A DNA stretch of 64,000 nt from the human T2T-CHM13v2.0 reference genome, Homo sapiens: NCBI RefSeq assembly GCF_009914755.1, contig NC_060930.1; one strand, written 5' to 3'. The notes under the pieces are model-generated. The model did no database searches, was not told where the DNA came from, and worked only from the letters and a program-made list of their open reading frames with translations. Both the position numbers and the translations under genes were made by a program. Positions 35,050 through 49,600 of the stretch are shown here, piece by piece. The first letter of the stretch is position 1. Each line of letters starts with the position of its first letter.

Positions 35050-37110
35050 AGAAGAAGTGGCATGCCTGATAGCCTGAGGAGCTCAGCAGTGCATTCCCCA
35101 GAGAATCTGGTGAAAATTATGAAAAAGTAAAATCAACACTTTATAACTTCTTAAAATGGTCCTACAAATGAAGAAACATCTATGCAAGAAATCTCAAAAG
35201 TGATGTAAGAAAAGTAGAAATCTGTTGTACTTGAAGATTGTTCCTTCCCTTCCGTACCCACGCTCAGAGAAATAGAAACTGCACTGTAGACAGGTGGAGA
35301 CAAGAATACAGGTCTCTCTCCTTCCAGTTCCCAATTAGAGGACTTTCCTTCTTGGAGGGAAAGACATCGGTATATTTCATCTTGCCCGCAACTATCTGCT
35401 ATTGAGGCTAAATTTCAGGTCAGTGAAGCCAAGATGTGCAGTGTAGTGCAGTAGAGTACATAATACTTGATAATGATACTAAATGACTATGTCATTTGTT
35501 TATATATTTCCTATAATATACTTCTTATCATTATCTTAGAGTGCACCCTTTCTACTTAACATACATCAAAGGCAAAGAGAAAACCTTGAAAGCAGCAAGC
35601 AAAAATGGCTTACTACTTATTAATAAAAGCAAATTCTAATAAGATTAACAGTTTGACTTTTCATCACAAAAAAATGGAGGATAGAGGACAATGGGATAAT
35701 ATATTGAAAATGTACAAAGAAGAAACTATCAATCAAGAATTCTATACTCAGCAAAGCTATCTTTCAAAAATTAAACTAAATCAAGACATTTCCAGATAAA
35801 GAAAAACTGAGACAATTTGTTCCTAGCCAACTTGTCTTACAAGACATACTAAAGAAAGTTCTTCAGGCTGAAAGTAAGTGACCCTACAGGATAATTGCAA
35901 TCCACACAAAAAGAAAGAACACCAGTAAAAGTAATTATGTAATTATAGAAGACAGGATAAAGGCAAATGCACAATATCTTAACTGATTTAAAAGTGATTG
36001 TGTAAAATAATATGTATATAACGTATTGCTAGTCCTATAGAACATAGAAATGCAGTATGTTTCTGCACAGAGGAGGTGGGTAGGATTAAATCTGTATTAG
36101 AATTAACAATGTATTATTGAATTTGTAACATGAATCAATATACAATATTAATAGATGTAATAATAATACCACAAAAGAAGGGGAGAAAATAGTGTTGTAT
36201 GGGAGTAATATATTTCTATGTCTCTCTGGGATCAAGCTGAGATCAATATGTACTGGGATCAAGTACATATTGGAAGCTGATTCTGTAAATTAAGATATAC
36301 ATGGTAAGCCCTAGAGTAACCCCTAAAAACAACAACAACAACAACAAACCTCAAAAAACATAGTGAGATAAATAATTTAAATTCTTCATTAGGAAATATT
36401 TACTTAATGCAGAAGAAAGCAGTAAGGGAGGAATAGAAGAACAGAAAAATACATGAGACACAGTAAACCAAAAGTAAAAATGACAGCTATAAATCCAACT
36501 ATATCAAACATAACATTAAATGTGAATGGATTAAGAAATCTGATCAAAATGCAGAGATTGTCAGATGGATTAAAATAAAACAATAAGATCCAACTATACA
36601 CTGTCTATAGGACACACATGTTAGACGTGAATGTTTATAGAAGAATTATTCACAACAGCCAAGTTGTAGAAACAACCCGAACACTCATTGACTGACTAAA
36701 TGGGTAGGCAAAATGTGCTATGCAGATGTAATGTTCAGCATAAGATGGAATAAAGTACTGATCTGTGCTGCAACATGGATAAGACTTAAAGACATTGTGC
36801 TAAGTGAAAGAAGCCAGTCACAAAACACTACATACTCTATGTTCATTTACATGAAATATCCAGAATAACAAAATCTATAAAAATGGAAAGTAAATTGGTG
36901 GTTGCTTAGGAAAGAGGGTTGGATGGAGAGATAAAGGGAAGGTAATGTAGACAGCAGATTTTCCTTAGGATGTGATGGACACATTCTAAAATTGACCATG
37001 CTGATGGCTGTGCATATCTGTGAATATAGTAAAAAAAAAAAAAAGAAACATTGAATTGTACACTTTAGTGAATTGTATATAAATCATATCTTAATTAAGC
37101 TATTAAAATT
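35050..37110 (+). mobile_element. Fragmented L1M4/L1MB-type element (5' part, ORF1 end, ORF2 start, 3' end)
   Basis: caagaattctatactcagcaaagctatctttc; cattaaatgtgaatggattaa; gctaagtgaaagaagccagtcacaaaa...ttaattaagctatt. Confidence 0.7.
35440..35560. mobile_element. Tigger (TcMar) DNA transposon fragment
   Basis: gtacataatacttgataatgatactaaatgactatg...ttatcttagagtgcaccctttctactta resembles Tigger3-type sequence. Confidence 0.6.
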
Positions 37111-37624
37111 TTTTTAAAGGAATAGAGGGCCATATAGAGAAGTGAATGAGCTAAAATTGGGAAATTCAAAAAGAGCACACCACTCAGCCACAATTCACAA
37201 TACTATTTTAGCCAAAACTAAGAAATCTTTAGTACTTGTTTTGTGAGAAGTAACAATAATTAATATCAGAACTCCATTGTATAAAATAACAATCCATTTT
37301 GTGCCTTTCTATTTAAGTTTAAAGTTACAGATTTTTTAAAGAAATGCACTTAAAGGCACAAAGACAATACATAATACCTCACAGGCATATTTACATATGG
37401 AATATAAATAGAAAAACATTACTGGTCCAAGTTAATGCTGGGGAGGAATTTTCTTCCTTGGGCTTTATGTTTTTAAGTCTAAGGACCTCCAGAGGTCAAC
37501 TGCTTGCTTTTCTCTCCCCACCCACTCATTTCTCCTAAAGGGAACAGGAGTTCATTATCTGATTGATTTGAGAAGAAAGAGTTTTCCTTTGTCTGCTTAG
37601 CCTCTCCCTTTGTTTTCTTTGCAG

Positions 37625-37661
37625 GTCTCAGAAAGAATGCCCATGTGCTGTCCTTCACATG
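37625..37661 (+). other. Candidate 37-nt spliced exon (probably non-coding)
   Basis: Acceptor ctccctttgttttctttgcAG|G and donor ATG|GTAAGT, both near consensus, in non-repeat sequence. Confidence 0.4.
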
Positions 37662-39062
37662 GTAAGTTTGGTGGAGCATGTTCTGTTGTCAGAAGTTCAA
37701 ATCAGGGGAGAGCTAGCAAGCCAACTGGCAAGGTGCAAGGCAGGTCACTTTTTCATCTGCTGTCTAACTTCTTTGTCTTCCACTTGGTTCTCAACTCAGC
37801 TGGGGAAGAGGAGGTTTCTTCCTGGGCCCCTTCAGAACCTGGTAGTTAAAAAAAAAGTTACCTGCTATTCAGCAACATGAGCCTGATAGTTTAGTATCTG
37901 CAGAGGGTTAGAATTTTTTCCACATTCCATCACATTAACACCAGAAGGACATGAGATCACCTTCTTTATTAAAACTAACAAAGAAATGGACAAAACCAGC
38001 ATTCACCTCTACGTAAAGGAAATAAGAGATAACATGATCAGGGCAAAGTCTTCAATTCTGTTTGTAATGTTTACTTGATTAAGCTCAATGTTGCATAAGT
38101 TAATGTTGATTATGTTATTCCTAATATATTTTCACTTGTCTGACATATGGTTTAACAGGTTTTTTAAAAAGATGAGGTGTAACTGAACTTTTAATATGGA
38201 ATGCTGTTACAGAAGGGGAAAATTGGAGAAGGACTTTAAATTTTTTAAAGCTCAACATTTCTGCTCCCAAGATTTTCTGAAAGGAAGATTTCTGAATCTA
38301 TATTATAGCAAACCGCCATTTGCAAATGCTTGAAAAGTGGTCTACGTCTATGTAAACATTTACAGAAACAATCGAGCAGAAAAGAGCTTTGAACCCACGT
38401 GGTGACAGTGCTCTAGCTTTATGCATTGAAACCAAACCAAAAACCTCTGTATTTATTCTACTTGAGGTTTCATATATTGTCACACATCACAAATTAGAAA
38501 ACTCTTTAAAATAATTCCCAGTTGGTATGTTTAAGATTATTTTTCCATTGTGCAAAAGCTTGCAGAGGGTATTTGTGTGTATTTGCTTTAAAACAAGTAG
38601 AATTATCCAACCACAAGAGATGGGGAGAAGCCATGAAACCATGCACTGCTGCCAATACATTGTCTAAGGCAGTACTTCTCAGACTGCCTTTGTTGAATGC
38701 AGTTATTAAACCTTTAAACCTTTTTACATTTTTCATTTTATTTTTTATCTTTTTAATTAATAATTTTACTTTATAAAAATATAACTTAGTTACCAAATAA
38801 TCAAATTAAACTGTACAGGCACAAGCCCAAATCTATCTTCATTATTTTCAATGGACACAAAATTATTTTATCAAATTTTATAAACATTTCTCACTGCTTA
38901 CTCTCAAGTTCTGTGCTTATCTTATTATGAACAGGTAAAAACTGTTTTTGGGCCAGCACTGGTCTACTGACCACACCTAAAGAATGATTGATCTAAGGAA
39001 TTCTTTAGTTTACTATTTTTCTACATTCAGCTTTATCTTTATGGTAATACACAAATATGCCT

Positions 39063-39490
39063 TGTATTATCAGTGTAATTTTGTTGTTGCATTGCTATAA
39101 CAAAATGACTGAGACTGGGTAATTTACAGAAAAAAGAGGTTTAATTGGCTCACAGTTCTGCAGACAGTACAAGAAGTGTGATGCCAGCATTTGCTTCCAG
39201 TGAGGACCTCAAGGAGCTTATAATCATGGCTAAAGACGAAGGGGGAGCAGGCATCTCACATGGCGGGAACAGGAGCAAGAGAGAGAGTGGAGGGGAGAGG
39301 GGCCACAGATTTTTTAACGACCAGATTTCATGAGAATTCACTCTCATGCTCACTCACTATCCAATAGAATAGCACCAAGCCAAAAGAAACCTGTCCCCAT
39401 GACCTAAGCACCTCCAACCAGGCCCCACCTCCAACGCTGGGGATTACAATTCAACATGAGATTTTTGGGGACATATATCCAAACTATTAA
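39063..39490 (-). mobile_element. MSTA-type MaLR solo LTR
   Basis: gagactgggtaatttacagaaaaaagaggtttaattggctcacagttctgcag...attcaacatgagattt...atatccaaactat. Confidence 0.88.
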
Positions 39491-40613
39491 TATATCATGC
39501 CTACCCTTGTGTTTAACCTGCTTTGAGCTTCATTTTTTTTCCTTTAAAACATTTCAGCATGGGTTTCTTTTTCCCAGTTTTATGTTATGCCCTGAATCTT
39601 TTTTTCCTCTCTTGTCTTAATACATAGCCTTCCACATCAGATTTTATGAGAAAATGGCATTTCTTTCCTTTCCTTCTCTTGATGGATGATTGAGCATCCC
39701 TGAGATCAGACTGATTTAATAGCAATATTCAAAGGTGATATCATGGTCACTCTATTCTTCTCTCTCTTCTTTGTCTTTCCTCCATCCTTTCCTTTCTCCC
39801 GTCCTTTCTCTTCCTCATCAAATTGTAGCTGAGTGTCTACTTTATACCAGGAAGTAGGGATCCTCTGAAAAGTAAAGCCACTGTCCTTATAGGACTCAAT
39901 GTCTACTAGGAAAGTACTCATCAAACACATAATTACCAAGAAGAGGGATACATTTTACAAAGGAGAAATAGTAGCTACTTCGACAGGGTTAACATGCATG
40001 GTGAGACCTGCTAACCTACCTAATTCTAGAGGACAAGGTTACAGCATTTTTTTAAAGAAACAAATTATATTTGGTATGTACTGTCTTTAAAATGAAAATG
40101 TATCTTTTCAAAATGGTATTGTTAATTTTTAAAGTCTGAAATAAATGATTTATTAAAAGTAATTTCATTTGGTTGAATTTAAGGAGCTGAAAACAGTAAT
40201 CTAATTATCAAAAAAGATCTCTTGGCCCAAATGATTTTAAAAACCAGATTATAGACTGGATTTAAATTAAAAGTACCCCTACCCTTCTTGATCATTTCAA
40301 TGATTATACTGTCAACATTTACTATTTTTTGGCTTCATTCATCAATTTAGCTTTCTAGTCTGAAATTTTTGGCAGTTCTTTCTTTAAAATCATTCTCTAA
40401 TTGACAAATATATAAGCTCTAAACTTTTACTCATATATGATGATAGGAAAAACAAGGGTGACTGTATCCATATATAAAGAAAGTATCTTGTATTATTAGC
40501 TAATTATTCTTACATGAACTATTTCATAAATGTGGCCCATTTTCAATTTCTATAAAATTATTCCTGTGCTTTCTTTCTGAATAAGTAGTAAAATGTCAAA
40601 AAAAAAAAGGTTA

Positions 40614-40992
40614 TTATTATAGACTAAATGTTTGTGTTTCCCACAAATTCATATGTTGAAGCCCTAACCCCAAGTGTGGTAGTGTTAGGAGGTATGGCCT
40701 TGGGGAAGTAATCAGGCTTAGATGATGTTGTGAGCGTAAAGTCCCCATGATGAGATTAGTGCCTTTATAGGAAGAGGAAGAAACCCACCAGAACTTCCTG
40801 TTTCCACAATGTGTGGACACAGCAAGAAGACAGCCTTCTGCAAGCCAGGAAGAGAGCTCTCACCAGGAACTAAAGTGGCCAGCACCTTGATTTTGGAATT
40901 CCCAGCCTCTAGAACTATGAAAAATAAAATTTTGTCATTTAAGTCACCTAGTCCATGATATTTTGTTACAGTACCCCAAGTTGACTGAGACA
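40614..40992 (+). mobile_element. MLT1A/A0-type LTR
   Basis: aatgtttgtgtttcccacaaattcatatgttgaagccctaaccc...ccagcctctagaactatga...gactgagaca. Confidence 0.85.
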
Positions 40993-43900
40993 GTGATTGA
41001 TAGGAAGAGAAGAATATTATCTGTATCTACTGTAATATTACTTATTACATAGGAAGAGTCCTCAGATGAAATACCAAAAAGAGCTTATTTCTTCTGTATT
41101 ATAAGATCAGCTTGTATTTATTTTAAGATATTGTATCATTAGCTCTTATACAAACAAGATGTGTTAAAAATGGCAGAAATATATGAAACACTCATATTGG
41201 CAATAAGGATCTAGATTTTAGAGTTAAATGGTTTAAATCAATTTATATACTACAATACAGATGTGTTATATTATTTAATAGTTCTATTCTCACTATATCC
41301 ACTTTTCTTATCCTTGAGATTTCACATCTTACTCTCACCTCTCCCTCATGTGTCTCATATGGTTTCCTTTTTCAATTTTTTCATCCATCTCTCTTGTCTC
41401 TTTTTTCTCAAGTGTATAACCTGTGACAAATACAGATATATTTTTTAATTTTTTGAGCTACATCACCTTAAGCCTATCTGCAGAGCTAGTGAGATCCCTA
41501 TGCTCACAACTTTGGTTGACATAGTCAGCTGGGTCTACAAATACTAAAAAGCACCACTCCAGGCCTTGCTCCACATTTCTACAGCAGAACAAAAGGCCAC
41601 ACAGCTATGTATTCCACAGAGGAGTGGGGTTGGCTCTACTAGGAACAGTACATCAGAGTCTATACAAATCATAGCTTAAAGGAGATGCAATTATACAGAG
41701 CCCCCAAAGAATCGAGACCAGAGCAATCATGATGCCATGGTTACGCAACTCCATAGGCACATCTGGCAAGCAATTGCAGTCCATGAACCCTGTAAAATTG
41801 TAAATGTGGCCTGTTGAGCATAAGGGCTCTTTATATCTGACATTATATTGACCAGGCTATTGCTATCCCTTCTAGAGAGGCCCTTCACCCTCCTCTGTAA
41901 ACAGAGAAGGAAGTCAGAGACTTGCTCTTGCATGCAGGCAGTTGGCAGCTCACCCTGAACTTGCTTTAGCCAGAGCACGCTCAGGCGTCATGGTCAGTGG
42001 ATATCTTGAAGCTTCAAAGGTGAGTCCACTGCTCAAAGGGAGACATTTCAATGACCCAGGATTCCTGGCAGATTTTATTTCAGTTGCTGGATGGTTGTCA
42101 GAAAAACTAAAAAGCCCTCCAGCTGCCTGGAGTGTCTGTGAAATGCATGCAGTGGGTCTCCCAGACAAAGCTTTAGAAAGCTGCTAGCACCACAGATCCA
42201 ACCCAGACTCTGCATCTTGATTTCACTAGAACAGATGTTATCTGCAAGCAATTAACATACTTGTCATCGCCAGTGAAACAGATACAGAATTCTTCAGGTT
42301 GATTTTTTTAAATGTACCCTAAAGAAAAGTGTTTGTGCACAAAGAAAATTTTCTCATTAGTATTAAAATAATATTCAGTAAAGAAGTTGCATGTGTCAAT
42401 TTTTTAGTTTTTTTTCAATTTTGGGGAAAAGATACTATAAAAACTTTTAGAGTAAATGTCACCAGCAACATAAATATTAGTGTTAGCTCCCTTTCAGTTA
42501 AAGCAGTATCTATTTGTGATTATTGTGTATTTTCATATAATGACTGACAGAATTTGCTATTTGATATATTTTAAATGTTACAAATGACTTGATTGTACAG
42601 GTTTTTATATAAAATAATGATATCTTATTTATAGTAGTTATACAAATATCAAGTAATAGCATATTGATTAAATATGTCCCTTAAGATTAGTACAAGTGAA
42701 AAGTTTGGTAAAATTCAATATGTAAATATCGTAGATTATAATAACTAAACAGCGAAGTTTTAAGCTCTTAAGCTGTTCAAACAAAAGTATCCAACTAACA
42801 TAATACCTTTATATTATATCGCTATACTTGTGACATAAAATTATTTTCTTATAAGCTAACTCTTATAACATGAATGTTCTGAATTATTTGTCCTCATTAC
42901 ATTCATGGTTTTTACTTAACATTCATACCTTCACACTTATTTTAATTAGTGAAAACTGAAAGTTCTGGTTTCTACCATTTCAACTTCGATACAAACATTT
43001 CTACAGAGGTTAAATAAGTTTTTTTAAATTCTTCTTTTAAATTACGACAATTGGTATAATTTTAAGGCAATATTTTTGCTACAATGGCAGCTTTAACTGG
43101 TTTGAAAATACATACTTAAATCATGTGATACTATGACTAATAGATTCATTCTAAAGAGTGGTACTTGTATTTGAAGTGACATAAATATTTGTGGCTACTG
43201 GGAGGCAGAGATGGGACAATAAAAAAAGCGCTGTACAAGAGTCTAATATTCAATAACACTCTCATACATCTATAATTTACTAACTGTTGACCTTGAAAAA
43301 TGACAAGTTTTTTTACCTACAAAATGGCGACCTTCTTAAATGATTTATTATGAGAGTTAGTTAAGATAACTTATTTGAAAACTCTTCATAAATTATGGCA
43401 CATTATACAAATGAAATAACTTTAATCATAGAATATTGCACATGGCATATACTCAGTAAAATACCCGATGTGGGGCACTGTCAACTCTACTATGTGATCC
43501 TAGCTAATGTGTCCTATTGGTTTTTGATGCTTCCTCTCTAACAGGAAGTGCTTTATCAGTGTAGCTTAAGTGCTAGATAGATTGGTGGTTAATTTCTTTA
43601 CTAGCACACAGGTGCCCCAGTGTGCTCACACTCTTCTCCCAACCTTTTCTCTATGTCCTTGTATGAAGTCTTATATCATATCTTGTATCTTATCTTTTCT
43701 ATGTCCTTGTATGAAGTCCTGCTCAAGTCTGTCATCAACTCAGTGTTGGTGCAAAAGCCAAATCCTTTACTTTGTAAGCTCCTTAACACTCCTTAGGTAC
43801 TTTACTGCCTAAGAGAAGATTATAGTTTAACACCTTTTAACGATTTTTTAAATAAGTAATTTTCTTTTCATTTATATCAGAGTCCTCTGTGGTTTCTCAC

Positions 43901-44229
43901 TCATCTTCATAGTCTCAGCAACTACTATACTACCCTATAATAGATAATTCTAAGTGTTTGATTATATTAATGATTTGACCTCCAAAATCAGAACCTTCAT
44001 GTTGTGGGTGAGTTTTTGTCCAAGTGAGGGCAGAAGTACCAATACCCTTGTTTAATCCACTTGATTACTTCTTGACCAATTCTTTAGCAAGAAAATCAGT
44101 ACTTTGAGATTGTTCTACCTATTTGTGTACTTTTTTTTTTGAATTCTATTCTTTTAAAAATATTTTCCTAACCTTTATTCTAATTGCAATGTCTGATTTC
44201 TTTGTGCATTTTTGGGTCATTTGGTAAAT

Positions 44230-44670
44230 TTTTTTTAAAGCACTTCTACCTTCAAGGCATTGCTCTAATAAGACTGGATATTAGATACAGCAATGGACAA
44301 ACCAGGGCGGATACTCTCTGCCCCTTGGAGTCTAATTCTACTGGGCCAGCCATGCAATAAGTTAAGCAAACCCACATATTAACAAAATAATTTCAGATAG
44401 TTAAACATTCAATGAAAGGAACAAAAAGGGTACTATGAGAGAGACAAGCAGCTGTAAGAGGGACTTTTAAAACAAGTCTGAAAATGACAATTTAAGGCTG
44501 AGATGTGACAGATGAGAAGCCTGTCAGGCCAAGGGAGAATTAGAAAAAAAGGTTCAAAATCCATAAGCAGACAAGAACTTGATGTATTCTAAGAGTTTTC
44601 AGGGGCCAATGTGGGTGAAGGAAAATGAGAGAAAATGAAAAAAGCATGAGATAATGCAGAAGAGATAACA
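44230..44670 (-). mobile_element. L2 fragment
   Basis: caaggcattgctctaataagactggat...ctctgccccttggagtctaattcta. Confidence 0.55.
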
Positions 44671-44679
44671 ACAGCAATA

Positions 44680-44865
44680 TTATTGACTAGTGTTTATTGT
44701 GGACTTTCTATTGCCAGATACAGTGCAAATTAAGTGCTTTGCAAACTATCTCACTTAATTCCCACAACAATTATATGAAGTAAATGTTATTATAAGCACT
44801 TTACAGACAAAGAAACTGATGATTAGAGGTTAAATAGGTAGGATCCCAATCACAAAGTGACTTAT
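44680..44865 (-). mobile_element. MIR
   Basis: ctcacttaattcccacaacaa...ctttacagacaaagaaactgatgattagaggttaaat. Confidence 0.65.
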
Positions 44866-45385
44866 AGGACATGATAAGGTAATTCAACTTTTCTTTTAGT
44901 ATAATAAGAAGCCATCAAAAGATTTTAGACAGCAGAGTGATAAGATTTGTTTCTATTAATATAAAAATGTACCCTGAATGACAGATGAACATCATGTTGC
45001 TTAATTTCCTACTCTTCTCTTTATATCTGGTTCGTTTTGTGCCCACTAGGTTATGAACCCATCTGGGACAGCAGACCATATTGATATTGTTTATCACTCT
45101 ACATCCAGTGCTTAGTATAGTGTTTAACATATTGTGGCTGCCCAATTAATACATATTGAATGGCTGTACTTGATACTTGCTAATTTCCACTTACTTGTAT
45201 TCTGATTTGAGTTACTAACCTTAAACATGACATTGGTCTCTGTTTTTTGAGTACCATAACACTATTCCAGATTCCTTTTATCTTTCCAGAGATTTTTATA
45301 GGAAGGAAATTGTATACAGTAACAGGTGTGCATTGTTCTTTTTGGGCTTTATTACAATGATTGTGGCAAAATCCATAGTAGCCGG

Positions 45386-45740
45386 GTATCTTAGTCTGTT
45401 TGGGCTGCTATAACAAAATACTGTAGGCTGGTGGCTTATAAATAACAGAAATATATTTCTCTGAGTCTGGAGGCTGGAAAAGTCCAAGATCAAGGTGCTG
45501 GCAGATTTGGTGTCTGGTGAGGGCTGGTTTCCTTGTTCATAGATGGTACCTTTAAACTGAATCCTTACATCTAGAGAGGGTAAGGCAGCTCTCTAGAGAC
45601 TCCATTATAAGGGCAGTAATTCCATTCATGAGGGCAGAGCCATGATAATCACCACCCAAATACTCTACCTCCTGATACCATCACACTGGTGATTAGGTTT
45701 TAGCAAATGAATTTTGGGAGGACACAAGTAGTCAGACCTG
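45386..45740 (-). mobile_element. MLT1A0-type LTR
   Basis: gtatcttagtctgtttgggctgctataacaaaata...aagtccaagatcaaggtgctggcagatttggtgtctggtgaggg...attttgggaggacaca. Confidence 0.85.
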
Positions 45741-47359
45741 GGGAAGAAGTGGAGATGAAGGCTGCAGACAGAGGTGTCAGGTTGGAGGCCACAGAGGTTA
45801 AAAGGATAGGAACCATCAGGGCAGAATCCAGGGTAGCTAGCAAAGAAAAATAATGTCTCGCAGTTTCTCTGAGCACTGCAAGGGCTCATTCCACCCAAGG
45901 ACCCCTATTCTGTCTTGACTTGATCATCAGGCTATGTAGCTGAGTCTTTTGCGCCCCACTGAGTTAATAATACTTAAATAATAATTGTATCTATTTTGCT
46001 GAATATAACAAACTGAGTAAGTGCTGGTTGAAGTAAAGCTCATAAATTAGAATTCAGTCCCTTTATTTATTGTAGAATTACATCCACCTTGAAAAAAAAG
46101 AATTAAAGGCAAAAAATTCAAGTATTTTTCTCATTATGGGCTACATCACAAATTTTGAAAAAAATAATTTATTAAATATAATAACATTGCATCCAGCAGT
46201 TGCTCAGTGTTAATCAGAATGCTAGATTTTGCTATTATAACAAATTAATCTTAAACTTCATTTCCTTATCATATGCTCACACAGTCTGAACTCTAGTCTG
46301 CATAGTTTCAGTCCATATTCCTGGATGATAGCATCTCCACCATTTTAGCGCAGCACCCTCTGAAACATGCAGCATCTTTGATAGTTGGGAAAGAGATATA
46401 AGAGAATCGTGGGTGTAATTTCTACCTCCTCAATCTGGAAATGATCTTATTTTACCAGCCAAAACTAGTAACATGCTAGTGTTGAACTGCAAGGAGGCTA
46501 ACAAATATGGGCAAGCAGATGGAATTCAGTTGAGCATCACACATATTCTACAGTGCTCTCCAAACATACCATTTTCAGAAGGGTAGCAAGTCTAAGACTT
46601 TTAGTTGATAGTAGAGGGATCATATTCCACCTTGTAGTCTGTACTTTCAGTTTCACTTCTGCTTTTCTTTAGAGTCAGGATACATTGATTATTATACAGT
46701 CACTGGAAGCACCAGATGTATTTCCAAAATTCCTGTTCATGCAGAATATTAAATAAACAGATGCCATTCCTCATTAGGAATTTATATGCCTTCTTGACTA
46801 ATATAAAATGTATCAAGTCATTTCCAAATTAAGGATTATTAAAATCGATATTTCTCATGGTCTTATTGTAGTGTTCTCTAAGAAGGGTTAAGCCTAAAGC
46901 TTTTTTGGTCCCAAGTGTATTGTTCATATGCTGATTGATTTGGAACATAACTTTAAGAATTGTGAAACATCTTCCAATTTTTTAATGAGAATCAGTTGTG
47001 CTGTTTCTTAAATGATATACTGTGTTGGCACAATATCTATATGGTGTCATCATTATTGTAATATCGAAGATTCAGGCAAATGTTCAGTTGTGTTTTCACT
47101 TATTTTGGAAAATTGGATTACATCAATAAATTTACCAGGAAAAATAACATGACTTAAATATTTTCTAAAAGTATCTTTCAAATACGGTTCTAGGGTTCAA
47201 ATTGAACATCATTATAGAGTGTTTTTGAAGATGTTGGAAAGCCATCTGTAGCAAGCTGTCAAAGGAATTTTTGTATCAATTGGGAGGTCAAACTGGAGGA
47301 CTTCTGGATTTTCTTAGAAAGTTCCATTCATCTCCACAGTTCTTTTGTTTATATGAAAA

Positions 47360-47830
47360 AAAAGATATTAACCCAATGTTCATCATAAAAAAATAGAGAA
47401 ATAAATTGTGAACGATTCACACTTAGTATATTACACAATAGTAAAAGTAGAGTACAGCTACTCGCAATAATATGGATAAACTTTTACATATAATGTGAAT
47501 GAAAATCAACTTCTAGAACACTACATAGAATGTATAATTTTTATGAAGTTCAAAACAAGGGCTTCATTAGTCTATACACGTGACAAAACAATAAAATACA
47601 AAAATAGAGAAATATATTCAGAATCTTGGTTAGTTATGCTAGTTTGGGGAAAGTCAGGAGATTCAATAGTGAAGGTGCATATTAGTATGCTTAATGGTAT
47701 TGGAATTTTCTATGTCTTACGTGGAGTATGTTCACAAGTGATTATTTTATAATATACTTTATAACTCTTACATTCCCTACATTCTTTCGTATCTAATTGT
47801 ACATAATAAAAATGTAAAATTAAGGAAAAA
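47360..47830 (+). mobile_element. Old L1ME-type 3' end
   Basis: caatgttcatca...aataaattgtg...caataatatggataaactt...ataatttttatgaagttcaaaaca. Confidence 0.55.
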
Positions 47831-47838
47831 TTATTTCC

Positions 47839-48150
<312 letters not shown>

Positions 48151-49089
48151 TAATAATGTCAATCAACAGTCTGGTTTGTTAATTGACATTATACCTTTTT
48201 GGATATTGTAGTGACAGATGATGGTTCAAGCCTACTAAGCAGAATTTATTGGGCCGTAGGTCTTTAATAAATATCCTGACATAATTGATTTTGTATTTGC
48301 AAATACTTTCATAACTCCTACATATTTTCCCTATTTCCATTAGCTTCTCTATTTTTTTCCCGTTAGTTCTAATCTCCAATTTCCAACTAAGCTCTGACTC
48401 CTAGGATGGGCTTTACCTAGATTTAGTGTCAGAAATTGCTTGACTCTAACATAGTTAGGATAAAACCTCAGGTTATTCCAAAATGTTTTGGTTGGGAAGC
48501 AAGCAACAAAACAACCACTTCTCTTTGTCTACCAGCTATGTGTTCTTTGGTTTTCCATCAATTGTTGAACGTGTTGATCCTGCTTTCCTTACTGCTTCTT
48601 CTAATATCTTTCAATCCTTATCCTAACAACCATTGTGTCAATTAAAAAAAAATGATAAAAATGCCACTTTAAAGATTTGAAGGGGGAAGTAGATGCTCCC
48701 ACCTCTTTCTCCATGGCTACTTAGGGTCTGAAGTTATTGATGAGTATTGTATTTTGGCCTTAGTTATTGATGAATGTTGTATTTTGGCCTTTCTGGGACT
48801 CCAGTATTAACCCATGTGCTGGGAACTTATGCTGCCAGTGCTCTCAGCTGGCTTCATTTTTGCTCTTTTTATTTCTATCTTGGTACTGAGAATACAAAGG
48901 GGCATAACTTGTAGTTCTCAAGATAGGAAATGACAAATATGCAGAAAGGATTAGAAATTTGGAATCTATGTGATTACTTTTATACTTTCTTAGTTTTGCA
49001 ATTTGTGGTACAAATTATTTACTATTATAAACATCAATTGAAATTGTTCTAATTAATGTAGATAGAAAAGAGAAATAAATAAAAGGTAG

Positions 49090-49600
<511 letters not shown>

